Below are positions 20,531 to 28,538 of a stretch of 64,000 nt of DNA, piece after piece; position 1 is the first letter of the stretch, and each line of letters begins with the position of its first letter. The notes beneath the pieces are model-generated. The model saw only the letters and a program-made list of their open reading frames with translations. It had not been told where the DNA came from and searched no databases. Source of the stretch: a virus. A program made the position numbers and the translations under genes. Where the stretch lies: the IMG/VR virus record IMGVR_UViG_3300034684_000299, positions 96,001 through 160,000 of that record. One strand, 5' to 3'.

Positions 20531-20783
20531 GTGAACTACTTACCTCTAAAGAGGTAAGCTTCCTAATTCATCGACCGTTGCGACAATGAATGCCCGTCTT
20601 ACACAGTCTCCAAAGGCTTAACATCCCCCAGTTCCTGGGGTAGAGTTCTTTTAAGTAGGAACTAACTGCAATACAATTATATCACATTCGTAAGTAATTA
20701 ACAACGATTTTTGCCTTAAATTAGCCTTGTATTTTCAGCTTTCATCTCTCCAATAAATTGGAGAGTGTTCTCGCTGAATTTTC
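20531..20783 (-). mobile_element. Non-autonomous IS605-type element carrying only the ends and the TnpB omegaRNA
   Basis: Reverse complement of 20531-20670 is near-identical to 56864-57003. 20735-20783 matches the left end at 55572. TTAT lies 5' of the left end. Confidence 0.88.
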
Positions 20784-20844
20784 ATAATATTAAAAAAATC
20801 TTTAAAATATTGGTATATATAATATAGGAGGTGAAGAAAGAAAA

Positions 20845-21246
20845 ATGGATAAAATGAAAGTAGTAAGGAGAAAGAAAAAAGTATTGCTGTTAAACGAATT
20901 AGGTCACGACGTAGCCTCCTGGAGATTTAAAAGTCTCCAGAAGGCAGAAAAAGCAAAAAAGGAAATGAAAAAACAAAACTTAGAAGAGATTTACATGAAA
21001 GTAAAACAAAGGTGGGAACACAAGGAAGTCGAAGTACCACCTTGTGATTTACACGACCTTATAGTGTCGAGAAAAAAAAGGTTGGAAAAATGGGAGCGTT
21101 TGAGGAAAGTCAAATTGGCACATCCAGAAATATTTGAGCATTTAGAATTTGTTGAAGAAGAACCAAGTGTGCTTAACATTTGGTTCTATAGGGGCATAGA
21201 AAATAAGAGAACCGGTCACGATATAAAGTTTTTCTGGGAAGAGTAA
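20845..21246 (+). CDS. Hypothetical basic protein
   Basis: SD-led 133-aa Lys/Arg-rich ORF. Confidence 0.7.
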   Translation: MDKMKVVRRKKKVLLLNELGHDVASWRFKSLQKAEKAKKEMKKQNLEEIYMKVKQRWEHKEVEVPPCDLHDLIVSRKKRLEKWERLRKVKLAHPEIFEHLEFVEEEPSVLNIWFYRGIENKRTGHDIKFFWEE

Positions 21247-21300
21247 GGAGAGTGTCAATACTCTCCTTACTCTCCTTTTTTTAAAAAGGAGGTATAAGGA

Positions 21301-21591
21301 ATGACATATTTGGGTAATGCTTTCTCCCTTCAAATGTTGGCGGAGATTCCGTCAACTTTGAAAGTGGAAGAGGTTTCTTGGGGAGAAATTCCCGCGGGAG
21401 TTGTTTCAGTTGTCGGACACCAAGACACGGCCCGTGTCTTGGGTGTTCCGTTTAATAGAGTATCTATAACGTTGGAAAAGGGTGACATTTTATATGTTGC
21501 CCAGCTCCAAGGAGGACGTCTCCCAGAGGGGGCTACCACGCTCCCCGAGGGATTTAGTTTTAAATATTTGAAAGTCGAGATTGTTGATTAA
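21301..21591 (+). CDS. acrIII-1: AcrIII-1 family viral ring nuclease (DUF1874, STIV B116-like)
   Basis: YLGNAFSLQML N-terminus, VVGHQDTA (catalytic His motif), NRVSITLEKGD, YVAQLQGGRLPEGATTL; 96 aa. Confidence 0.85.
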   Translation: MTYLGNAFSLQMLAEIPSTLKVEEVSWGEIPAGVVSVVGHQDTARVLGVPFNRVSITLEKGDILYVAQLQGGRLPEGATTLPEGFSFKYLKVEIVD

Positions 21592-21754
21592 TCTCGACTT
21601 TCCTCCAACTAAGCACATTTTCCGTTCAGCTTAGTTGAAGTATGAACGAACGGATAGGTTTGCAGGCGTTGCCCCGCTACGTCTGCAAAACCGAAAACTA
21701 ATGCGGGGCTGCATTTCAAACCTAGCAGAATAAACTGTTGGGTTTGAAATGCAG
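21571..21754 (+). ncRNA. Structured RNA module: hairpin, two tandem H-type pseudoknots and a 19-bp hairpin (tmRNA H5/PK2/PK3-like)
   Basis: Stems read directly from the sequence: 21571-82/21590-601; 21606-14/21629-37 with loop 21621-27 pairing to 21648-54; 21657-69/21679-92 with loop 21671-77 pairing to 21703-09; 21710-28/21735-53. G-U pairs favour the plus strand. Confidence 0.65.
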
Positions 21755-21813
21755 AATTCTCACCTCGCTTCATAGAATCACTCCTCACCTCCTAAACACA
21801 TGTTTATTTATTG

Positions 21814-21860
21814 GGAACGTGCGTACAGGCAGGCGTACGTTCCATCTTTTTTTTATTTTT
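21814..21860 (+). terminator. Hairpin + T-tract between the pseudoknot module and the TLD
   Basis: GGAACGTGCG/CGTACGTTCC stem followed by a long T-run. Confidence 0.6.
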
Positions 21861-21875
21861 TTTATTTTTTATTTT

Positions 21876-21948
21876 GGGGACGAATGGGATTGACAAGGAT
21901 ACTGGTGCACATCCTTGGATGCGGGTTCGATTCCCGCCGTCTCCACCA
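21876..21948 (+). ncRNA. Minimal tmRNA-like RNA: tRNA-like domain only (73 nt)
   Basis: Acceptor GGGGACG/CGTCTCC with G3-U70, A73 and CCA. T arm GCGGG-TTCGATT-CCCGC. Stemless D-loop ending GAC. 6-bp H2a closed by a 10-nt loop. Confidence 0.8.
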
Positions 21949-21986
21949 GTTAGCTTCAAAAATTTAATTAGAAAGGAGGGAAGAAT

Positions 21987-22190
21987 ATGTTAACAGACAA
22001 AGAAATCTTTCAAGAAGTTTTAGATGTTATTGAAGGGAGGAAAAAAATAGAAGAAGTAGATGATATAGTCAGATGGGAATATGAAAGATGGATCAGATAC
22101 ATCAACGGTGGTATTCCCATTGAGACAGTTCTGAGAGAGTTGAAACACAGGTTGGAAACAGGAAACTTCCATCCTGAGTATGAAGAATAA
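21987..22190 (+). CDS. Hypothetical protein
   Basis: AGGAGG SD, 67 aa. Confidence 0.7.
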   Translation: MLTDKEIFQEVLDVIEGRKKIEEVDDIVRWEYERWIRYINGGIPIETVLRELKHRLETGNFHPEYEE

Positions 22191-22208
22191 TTTTTTTGCA
22201 AAAAAAGA

Positions 22209-22237
22209 TTGACAAAAAGAGAAAAAAGTAGTATCAT
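22209..22237 (+). promoter_or_regulatory. sigma70 promoter of the Y RNA-tRNA-rsr operon
   Basis: TTGACA-17 nt-TATCAT; the first Y-like RNA starts 9 nt downstream. Confidence 0.8.
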
Positions 22238-22245
22238 AAATATAT

Positions 22246-22304
22246 GGGGTGGTGTGTGAAACGGTTACTTCGGTTGAGAATAATACCGTTTCCAGTTGTT
22301 CCCC
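22246..22304 (+). ncRNA. Short Y-RNA-like RNA (Ro-binding stem only)
   Basis: GGGG/CCCC closing stem and GAAACGGT/ACCGTTTC stem. Shares the TGGTGT, TACTTCG and TGTTCC motifs with the next two RNAs. Confidence 0.6.
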
Positions 22305-22322
22305 TCATTTTATAGAAAAAAG

Positions 22323-22461
22323 TACTACGTTGGTGTAGTGAAGAGTTACTTCGCCTATTAAGCGGGAGGTCGCAGGTTCAAATCCTGCCTGTATGCTTCG
22401 GCATACAGTAGCTCAGCGGTAGAGCGCCATAAATTACTCTTCACGCCTGTTCCACGTAGTA
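22323..22461 (+). ncRNA. yrlA: YrlA-like Y RNA with permuted tRNA-like domain
   Basis: Outer stems TACTACG-TGG/CCA-CGTAGTA and GTGAAGAGT/ACTCTTCAC enclose a T arm (GCAGG TTCAAAT CCTGC), an acceptor-like stem capped by UUCG, and then a D arm (GCTC..GAGC). Lies upstream of Ro60. Confidence 0.85.
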
Positions 22462-22467
22462 TTTCAT

Positions 22468-22612
22468 AGCTGTGTTGGTGTAATGAAGAGATACTTCGCT
22501 TGTTAAGCCGGTAATGCTGGTTCAACTCCAGCCTGAAGTATTCCATTGGAATACTCAGTCGTCTAACGGGTAGGACGCCGTAAATTTCTCTTCATGCTTG
22601 TTCCACACAGCT
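22468..22612 (+). ncRNA. yrlA: Second YrlA-like Y RNA
   Basis: AGCTGTG-TGG/CCA-CACAGCT and ATGAAGAGA/TCTCTTCAT (compensatory changes relative to the first copy). T arm GCTGG TTCAACT CCAGC, closed acceptor-like stem, D arm. Confidence 0.85.
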
Positions 22613-22633
22613 TTTCTTTTTTTATCATTTTTT

Positions 22634-22708
22634 TCTGGGTTAGCTCAAAGGAAGAGCAAGTGGCTGTTAACCACTTTGTTGGGGGTTCGAATCCCTCACC
22701 CAGAGCCA
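22634..22708 (+). tRNA. tRNA-Asn (GTT) with encoded CCA
   Basis: Full cloverleaf: TCTGGGT/ACCCAGA, GCTC/GAGC, AGTGG-CTGTTAA-CCACT, GGGGG-TTCGAAT-CCCTC, G73, CCA. Confidence 0.95.
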
Positions 22709-22746
22709 TATTACTGGTTCCAAAAAAATAAAAAGGTGGTGGTAAA

Positions 22747-24069
22747 ATGAGTAAAGTAAATGTGAAGAAAAGTTCCCCTTTAAAAACCCATGAAGGAGGG
22801 CCAGCAAGAGAAATAAACGCTTTGTGGAAGTTAAAACGTTCTCTCATGGCCTGTTTGCTCTGGGAAGATACCTTCTACGAAGAAGGTGTTGACATTGCCC
22901 AGAGAATAGAAACATTAGTGAGTGAAGTAAAACCCGAAGAAGCAAAAAATCTAGCAATTGAAGCTAGAGAGAATATGAAGATTAGGCATGCACCTCTTTG
23001 GGTAGTTCGTGCTATGGCACGATTACCTGAACACAAAAGACTAGTGTCTGAGACGCTGGAAAGAGTGATTCAGCGTCCAGATGAATTAACAGAATTTTTA
23101 GCTCTTTACTGGTTAGATGGGAAACAACCTCTATCTAACCAAGTAAAGAAAGGATTGGCGAAGGCGTTTACAAAATTTGACGCCTATCAACTCGCCAAGT
23201 ACAACAGGGATGGGCAAGTGAAACTGAGAGACGTTATGTTTCTCACCCATCCAAAACCGTTAAACTTAGAACAGGAAGAAATATGGAAACAACTCGTGGA
23301 TGGTACTTTACCTTCTCCAGAAACATGGGAGGTAGAATTATCTGCGGGGAAAGATAAAAAAGAAACATGGGAAAGATTACTTTCCCAGAATAAATTAGGA
23401 GCTCTAGCTTTATTAAGGAATTTGAGAAACATGGAAGAAGTCGGAGTGAATAGAAAATTAATTATTGAAGCACTCCGACGTATGAAAACTGAAAAAGTTC
23501 TTCCATTTAGGTTTATTGCTGCTGCGAGATATGCTCCTTCACTAGAACCATACCTTGAGGAAGCAATGTTTAAATGTATTCCTCAAGAGAAAATAATTCA
23601 AGGTAAAACAATTCTATTAATTGATGTCTCTGGTTCGATGGAAAGGGCTCTGTCTGAAAAATCAGATATGACAAGAATGGATGCAGCAGCAGGACTTGCC
23701 ATCTTAGCTAGAGAAATGTGTGAAGAAGTAAATGTATATACGTTTTCAGATAATGAAAAATTAGTACCACCTCGAAGGGGATTTGCTCTTCGAGATGCAA
23801 TAGTTAATAGTCAGTCTCACAATGGCACTTATCTTGGTAGGTCAATAAGTGCTATAAATCAAAAAGAACAATATGATAGAATAATAGTATTTACAGACGA
23901 GCAATCTGCAGATTCAGTACCTGCTCCGGAATCTAGAGGTTACATGATCAATGTAGCCAATTACGAGAATGGAGTAGGCTACGGATCTTGGACACACATT
24001 GATGGTTTTTCAGAAGCTGTCATAGATTATATATTGGAATATGAAAAATTGATTAATAATAATTATTAG
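22747..24069 (+). CDS. rsr: Ro60/Rsr RNA-binding protein (TROVE + vWA)
   Basis: THEGG N-terminus, FDAYQLAKY, LRDVMFLTHPKP, TWEVELS, ALLRNLRN, LPFRF, LIDVSGSM (MIDAS), VFTDEQ. Confidence 0.93.
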   Translation: MSKVNVKKSSPLKTHEGGPAREINALWKLKRSLMACLLWEDTFYEEGVDIAQRIETLVSEVKPEEAKNLAIEARENMKIRHAPLWVVRAMARLPEHKRLVSETLERVIQRPDELTEFLALYWLDGKQPLSNQVKKGLAKAFTKFDAYQLAKYNRDGQVKLRDVMFLTHPKPLNLEQEEIWKQLVDGTLPSPETWEVELSAGKDKKETWERLLSQNKLGALALLRNLRNMEEVGVNRKLIIEALRRMKTEKVLPFRFIAAARYAPSLEPYLEEAMFKCIPQEKIIQGKTILLIDVSGSMERALSEKSDMTRMDAAAGLAILAREMCEEVNVYTFSDNEKLVPPRRGFALRDAIVNSQSHNGTYLGRSISAINQKEQYDRIIVFTDEQSADSVPAPESRGYMINVANYENGVGYGSWTHIDGFSEAVIDYILEYEKLINNNY

Positions 24070-24084
24070 CAATTTTTCAAAAAG

Positions 24085-24110
24085 AAGAGGCTTTTTAAGC
24101 CTCTTTTTTA
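24085..24110 (+). terminator. Intrinsic terminator after rsr
   Basis: AAGAGGC/GCCTCTT stem + T-run. Confidence 0.75.
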
Positions 24111-24132
24111 ATTTTTAATAGGAGGGGTTAGT

Positions 24133-24426
24133 ATGAGAAAAGAAGTCTTTGAAGGTTTAGAGATTTTGACAAAAGAAGCAAATTTTGGAAAATTACAATC
24201 AAAAGAGGTTTATTTTATAGTAAAAAGTGCTTTGGAAGAAGCAATATACCAAAGCACTAAAAAAAAAATACAAGTTGGAGACGATTTGGAAATACCAGAG
24301 GATTGTAGAAGCTATGTGATTAAGGAACAATTTCAAAGAATTCTCAGAAAAAAGTTAGAGAAGAAAGATCCGAGGATGGTATTAGTATCCATAGAAGGAG
24401 GAGATAAATATGGAAGAGGAAAATAA
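24133..24426 (+). CDS. Hypothetical protein
   Basis: SD-led ORF. Confidence 0.7.
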   Translation: MRKEVFEGLEILTKEANFGKLQSKEVYFIVKSALEEAIYQSTKKKIQVGDDLEIPEDCRSYVIKEQFQRILRKKLEKKDPRMVLVSIEGGDKYGRGK

Positions 24427-24550
24427 GGAACTTGAACAAGAAATACAAGAGATTTGGAAAAAGATGGCAAATTTGAGTTTAGAAGTTGCCAGCATAAAAG
24501 CTGATATAAAGTTATTGTTTGAAAAAGTTTTAGAAGACGAGCCTGATTAA
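24410..24550 (+). CDS. Small coiled-coil protein (46 aa)
   Basis: AGGAGGAG SD; heptad-like pattern. Confidence 0.55.
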   Translation: MEEENKELEQEIQEIWKKMANLSLEVASIKADIKLLFEKVLEDEPD

Positions 24551-24875
24551 CCTCCTAATCTTCTGCACCAAAGTAAACAAAATTGTTCACTTTGGTGTAT
24601 AAAAATGAGAAGAAAGGAGGTGACATTATGGCTAAAAGTAGTAAAAACGAAATTAAAGTCGCTTCCCATGATTTTTTGACTCCAATCATGGAAGTGATAG
24701 AAGAATCGTTCGAAAATTCGAAACCGAATTCAAATAAAAAATAATCCCATGACATATCAGGAGGCGTAAATCTCGCCTCCTTTTTTTTTACTTTTCTAAT
24801 AAAAAAAGATTTTTTTTGGTATATATTATTTGTTATCATAAAGAAGAGTTCTTACTCAAACAAGGAGGGGAAAAT

Positions 24876-25124
24876 ATGGTATTAGAAATTTATGCATTAA
24901 TAGCTATTTTAACAGCAACAGTAATGTACACCATGTTGGATGTTGTCCCTAAATTTAGGCACCACAAAACATTTTTTCAAGCCTTAAAAGAAGGTATTGA
25001 AAAAGAAAGACCAGATGTTGGAAAAGTTAAAATCTATTTCATATATTTAGGGACTATAGCAATTTTCAGTTTGGTGTGGTTTGTAACAATCCCAGCTAGT
25101 ATAATCAAAATATTAAAAAACTAA
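24876..25124 (+). CDS. Small two-TM membrane protein
   Basis: SD-led ATG within ORF 24816..25124; two hydrophobic segments. Confidence 0.65.
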   Translation: MVLEIYALIAILTATVMYTMLDVVPKFRHHKTFFQALKEGIEKERPDVGKVKIYFIYLGTIAIFSLVWFVTIPASIIKILKN

Positions 25125-25139
25125 AAAGGAGGATTATTT

Positions 25140-26294
25140 GTGGGAAAAACTCTAAAATATTTTTATGTTCCAGTGATTCAAAATGCGATTCAATTTGCTG
25201 ATGAAACGTTTGATGTCCTTATTACAGGTTTGGACATTATCCCATTTTATAAAGAGCAAAATTATGATCAGGAAACACGATTAAAAATATCGAGAGTTCT
25301 AACAATGTTTAATTTAATAGAGTTAATAAACGACGAAGAACTAAAAGACTCTCTAATTCAAATGAAGGTTGATGAATTCTATCAACTTTTGCTTGACTAT
25401 GTTTTACGAGGTGATGAGAAAATATTTGAAGTTAAGCAATTACGAGAGTTTAAGGAATGGTACGACAAACAAAACATAAAATACCAAATATTTGATGTAG
25501 AAGATGACACATATGATTCAAAAGGAATAGAAATATGGAAATTAGAAGATATGGTAGATATGTATGAAATCTTTACTAAACCCCAAAAGAAAAATCAAAG
25601 CTTTAATGTGAAATTGATTTTGACACCCGATAGAACATATCCATATCTAAAAGAAGGTGCAAAAAGATTTTTGATTATATCAAAAGATTATGGAGGAGTA
25701 TCAATACAATCAAAATGTATTATATATTATTTGCTGGGTGAGAATCAATTGTTGAATGCAACAGTAGAATTAGAAGTGGATTATAAACCGTCGGAAGTTT
25801 ATCTGAAGTTTGATGTAGATGGTAGAGAAGAAAGCATGTTATGGAAGGAATACGATAATAGAGTTATGTATGCAAGAAATAATTACACTATAGATCTGAC
25901 TAATTATTTACCAGAAAAATTTTTAAAAGAAAATTATCAAATTATTGTTGATGAGATGAAGAAATTAAGAGAAAAATATCCATATTTCAACACAATACTA
26001 AATTATGATTACAACCATATTGGTATAGAAAAAGGTGAATTTATAGTTTATGATAAAGTAATTGTAAAAATAACTCAAAAATTAATTAATGAGATAATGA
26101 AAGTAAGAGGTATGTTTACGATTAGAAACAGTGACTTTTATAATGATTTTGTAAAAGCTATTGGGCATGAATTAGTTAGAGGCACAATAGATGACGAGAT
26201 AAGAATAGAAAAATTAATATTGAATCAAGATTTTGTGAATTTTTCAAAAGATTTATATATGATTTTGGTAAAACTATCTGAAAAGGAGGAATAA
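25140..26294 (+). CDS. Acidic hypothetical protein, paralogue family A
   Basis: YVPxIxNA..FDV..IPFYxEQ..MFNL shared with 27109. Confidence 0.8.
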   Translation: MGKTLKYFYVPVIQNAIQFADETFDVLITGLDIIPFYKEQNYDQETRLKISRVLTMFNLIELINDEELKDSLIQMKVDEFYQLLLDYVLRGDEKIFEVKQLREFKEWYDKQNIKYQIFDVEDDTYDSKGIEIWKLEDMVDMYEIFTKPQKKNQSFNVKLILTPDRTYPYLKEGAKRFLIISKDYGGVSIQSKCIIYYLLGENQLLNATVELEVDYKPSEVYLKFDVDGREESMLWKEYDNRVMYARNNYTIDLTNYLPEKFLKENYQIIVDEMKKLREKYPYFNTILNYDYNHIGIEKGEFIVYDKVIVKITQKLINEIMKVRGMFTIRNSDFYNDFVKAIGHELVRGTIDDEIRIEKLILNQDFVNFSKDLYMILVKLSEKEE

Positions 26295-26295
26295 A

Positions 26296-27096
26296 ATGAA
26301 AATTCCTTGGAGTGATATGAATATTCCCAAAAGGGTTATCTTTGTAGATGCAAATGTTATTGATAGGTTTCCAGTATTTTGGAAACTAGTGAAAGATAAA
26401 TTAAAAAAAGAAAAAGTTAGAGGAACAATGGAAAAGATTTTATTGCAGAATATAGCATCGATAGGATTGTTTGAAAAAGAAAAATTATTATTTAAATTCC
26501 AAGACGATGGATATTATGAGCGAATCAAGAATTATCATTTGAATTATAGATATACTATTAATATCCCTAATTTTATGAATAAAGAAGATGCAGATGATAT
26601 AAATTACAAAACCTTGAATGATAAATATTACAAATTGAAAGTAGGCAGTATTTATCGAGTATTACAAGGAAAAACAGCAGAGCAATTGTTGAGTTTTTTC
26701 ATGAGATTAAACAAAAAGACGGAGAATTTGTACACATTATTGAATATGGGAATAGCGGATAAAATTATGAATTCGGAGTTCAACAAATATTTAGATGAAA
26801 ATGATTTGAAAAAATATTTGGAGTTTAGTGATTTTACAGCGTATTTCCCAACAATAGATTTTATAGATTACAATGATTTCGATGAAAATGGGAAAATCAT
26901 CTATTATCCATACGAAGAATTCTATAACCTCATGGTTGAATTAGAGAATAAGTCTTATTCAGCCAATGAGGATTTTAAAGACAGAGTAAAAAGATATAGA
27001 TATATGGAAGAATTAATTTTAGATTTAGAAAAACAAATAAAAGTTATATTGGAAAATGTACCAGATAAATATATCATTGATTTATCAAAAATATAA
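26296..27096 (+). CDS. Hypothetical protein, paralogue family B
   Basis: IPWxDxxIPKR..FPxxWxL..IDLSxx C-terminus. Confidence 0.8.
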   Translation: MKIPWSDMNIPKRVIFVDANVIDRFPVFWKLVKDKLKKEKVRGTMEKILLQNIASIGLFEKEKLLFKFQDDGYYERIKNYHLNYRYTINIPNFMNKEDADDINYKTLNDKYYKLKVGSIYRVLQGKTAEQLLSFFMRLNKKTENLYTLLNMGIADKIMNSEFNKYLDENDLKKYLEFSDFTAYFPTIDFIDYNDFDENGKIIYYPYEEFYNLMVELENKSYSANEDFKDRVKRYRYMEELILDLEKQIKVILENVPDKYIIDLSKI

Positions 27097-27108
27097 GGAG
27101 GGGCTAAC

Positions 27109-28458
27109 ATGGATGAGAAATTATTTGAAGTGAATAATAGTGTAGAAAGAACATTGCGATGGGTGTATGTGCCTATTATAAAAAATGCTTTTGAGTTTGA
27201 TAATGAAAGATTTGACGTTATGCTTGAAAATTATGTGGATTATATTCCTTTTTATGAAGAACAAAAGTTTGATGAAGATAATAGATATAAAGTAGCAAAA
27301 CTCTTAAATATGTTTAATTTAGCTGAATATTTTGGTGTGATTGACGATTATGATATTGAAGATCTGGACAAAGAAGAGTTATACCTTCTTATAAACCAAG
27401 AAGCGAGGAGTAATACAAAAGAATATACTTCCACTAATCTTATTAAAAATAAAATATTCGAGGACTTTGTAGAATGGTATAACAAACAAAACATTGATTT
27501 TATCCAATTAGATATGAAAGATAAGGAATATACAATAACAGGTTGGAATTTTTCAGAATACGTTAATACAGAACAAATATTCAAAGATGAAGATCAATGG
27601 AAATTTGATGTTAAACCCTGGCTAATTTTAAAACCAAATCATGACTATTCTTATTTAAAAGATGATGCTATTGAACACTTTAATTTATATTATGAACTAG
27701 CCAATTATGATATAACGGTTTCTTCCGTTATTCTTAAATATTATTTGTTAGGAGTACATCAAATGTTCAATTCATTAGCTGAAGTTGATGGGAAAGATTT
27801 TAAACCTTCTTGGGATTTTGATATAGAATTCGAAGTGGACGGGGAAAAGCAAAAGCTTCATTGGGAACCATATAGAGACACAAACGCTCCTGACAATTAT
27901 TGTATAAATGTAAAAGGATTGTATTTAGACCTTGTGGCACCATACGACGATTTAGACAATGAATATGGTGAAGTTGATTATGAATATATAAATAACTTAT
28001 ACAACAAAATTATAGAAGACCATATAAGATCTTTGGAAGGAGATTTTGATTTTCATCCATTGGTTCTAGGCAGAAGTGGTGGATATTTCGGATTTCAAAA
28101 AGAAGATTTTAAGATCTTTGATACCATTATTATTAAAGTAAATAACGAATTAATTGAAGAAGTAATCTCAGGTGGAGCTAACTTTTCAATTCAAGATTTT
28201 AGAGGAAGTTTTCTAAAAGAAATAGAAGATATGGTATCTGACATGTTTGCTTCAAACACTGATGTAGAAATGATTGAAATAGAAGATTTTGAATTTGATG
28301 ATGAATTCATTGAATTCAATCAATCTGTATACAAAGCTATAAAAGCATTAAGTTCTGGTCCAGAGTTGAGAAACTGGGAAGAATATGAGTTTTGGTTGGA
28401 GAATGATTATGATAATTCCAAGTTGGAGGAGTTTAGAAAAAAGAAACTTTCAGAATAA
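27109..28458 (+). CDS. Acidic hypothetical protein, paralogue family A
   Basis: Similar to 25140. Confidence 0.8.
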   Translation: MDEKLFEVNNSVERTLRWVYVPIIKNAFEFDNERFDVMLENYVDYIPFYEEQKFDEDNRYKVAKLLNMFNLAEYFGVIDDYDIEDLDKEELYLLINQEARSNTKEYTSTNLIKNKIFEDFVEWYNKQNIDFIQLDMKDKEYTITGWNFSEYVNTEQIFKDEDQWKFDVKPWLILKPNHDYSYLKDDAIEHFNLYYELANYDITVSSVILKYYLLGVHQMFNSLAEVDGKDFKPSWDFDIEFEVDGEKQKLHWEPYRDTNAPDNYCINVKGLYLDLVAPYDDLDNEYGEVDYEYINNLYNKIIEDHIRSLEGDFDFHPLVLGRSGGYFGFQKEDFKIFDTIIIKVNNELIEEVISGGANFSIQDFRGSFLKEIEDMVSDMFASNTDVEMIEIEDFEFDDEFIEFNQSVYKAIKALSSGPELRNWEEYEFWLENDYDNSKLEEFRKKKLSE

Positions 28459-28538
28459 AGAGGCTATATGCCTCTTTTTTTTCTAAAAAGCAAAGTTTTT
28501 TGGTATATATCAATTATATTTGATAAGGAGGTGTTTCT

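Noticed and set aside
21661-21732. A tmRNA proteolysis-tag frame in the pseudoknot module (GCA...AGVAPLRLQNRKLMRGCISNLAE*)
   Set aside because: It runs through the structured stems, has no convincing resume context and lacks a C-terminal AA-type degron.
21876-21948. Reading the mini-TLD as tRNA-Ala(UGC), since the loop contains UGC
   Set aside because: There is no D stem, no U33, and no 5-bp stem with a 7-nt loop around UGC. The D-loop and GGAU junction fit tmRNA better.
21917-21948. attP-type fragment of host ssrA
   Set aside because: att cores normally hold only the 3' end. Here both 5' and 3' strands are present and complementary, and no integrase is in the window. Not fully excluded.
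21811-21993. 60-aa ORF over the TLD
   Set aside because: No RBS; it derives from poly-T and ncRNA sequence.
22323-22612. Calling the two YrlA-like RNAs tRNA genes or pseudo-tRNAs
   Set aside because: The T arm precedes the D arm and the acceptor stem is loop-closed with no CCA end. This is a permuted Y-RNA architecture.
22246-22612. CRISPR-like repeat-spacer array
   Set aside because: The repeats are degenerate, base-pair internally and have irregular spacing. No cas genes are present and no CRISPR array was seen anywhere in the window.
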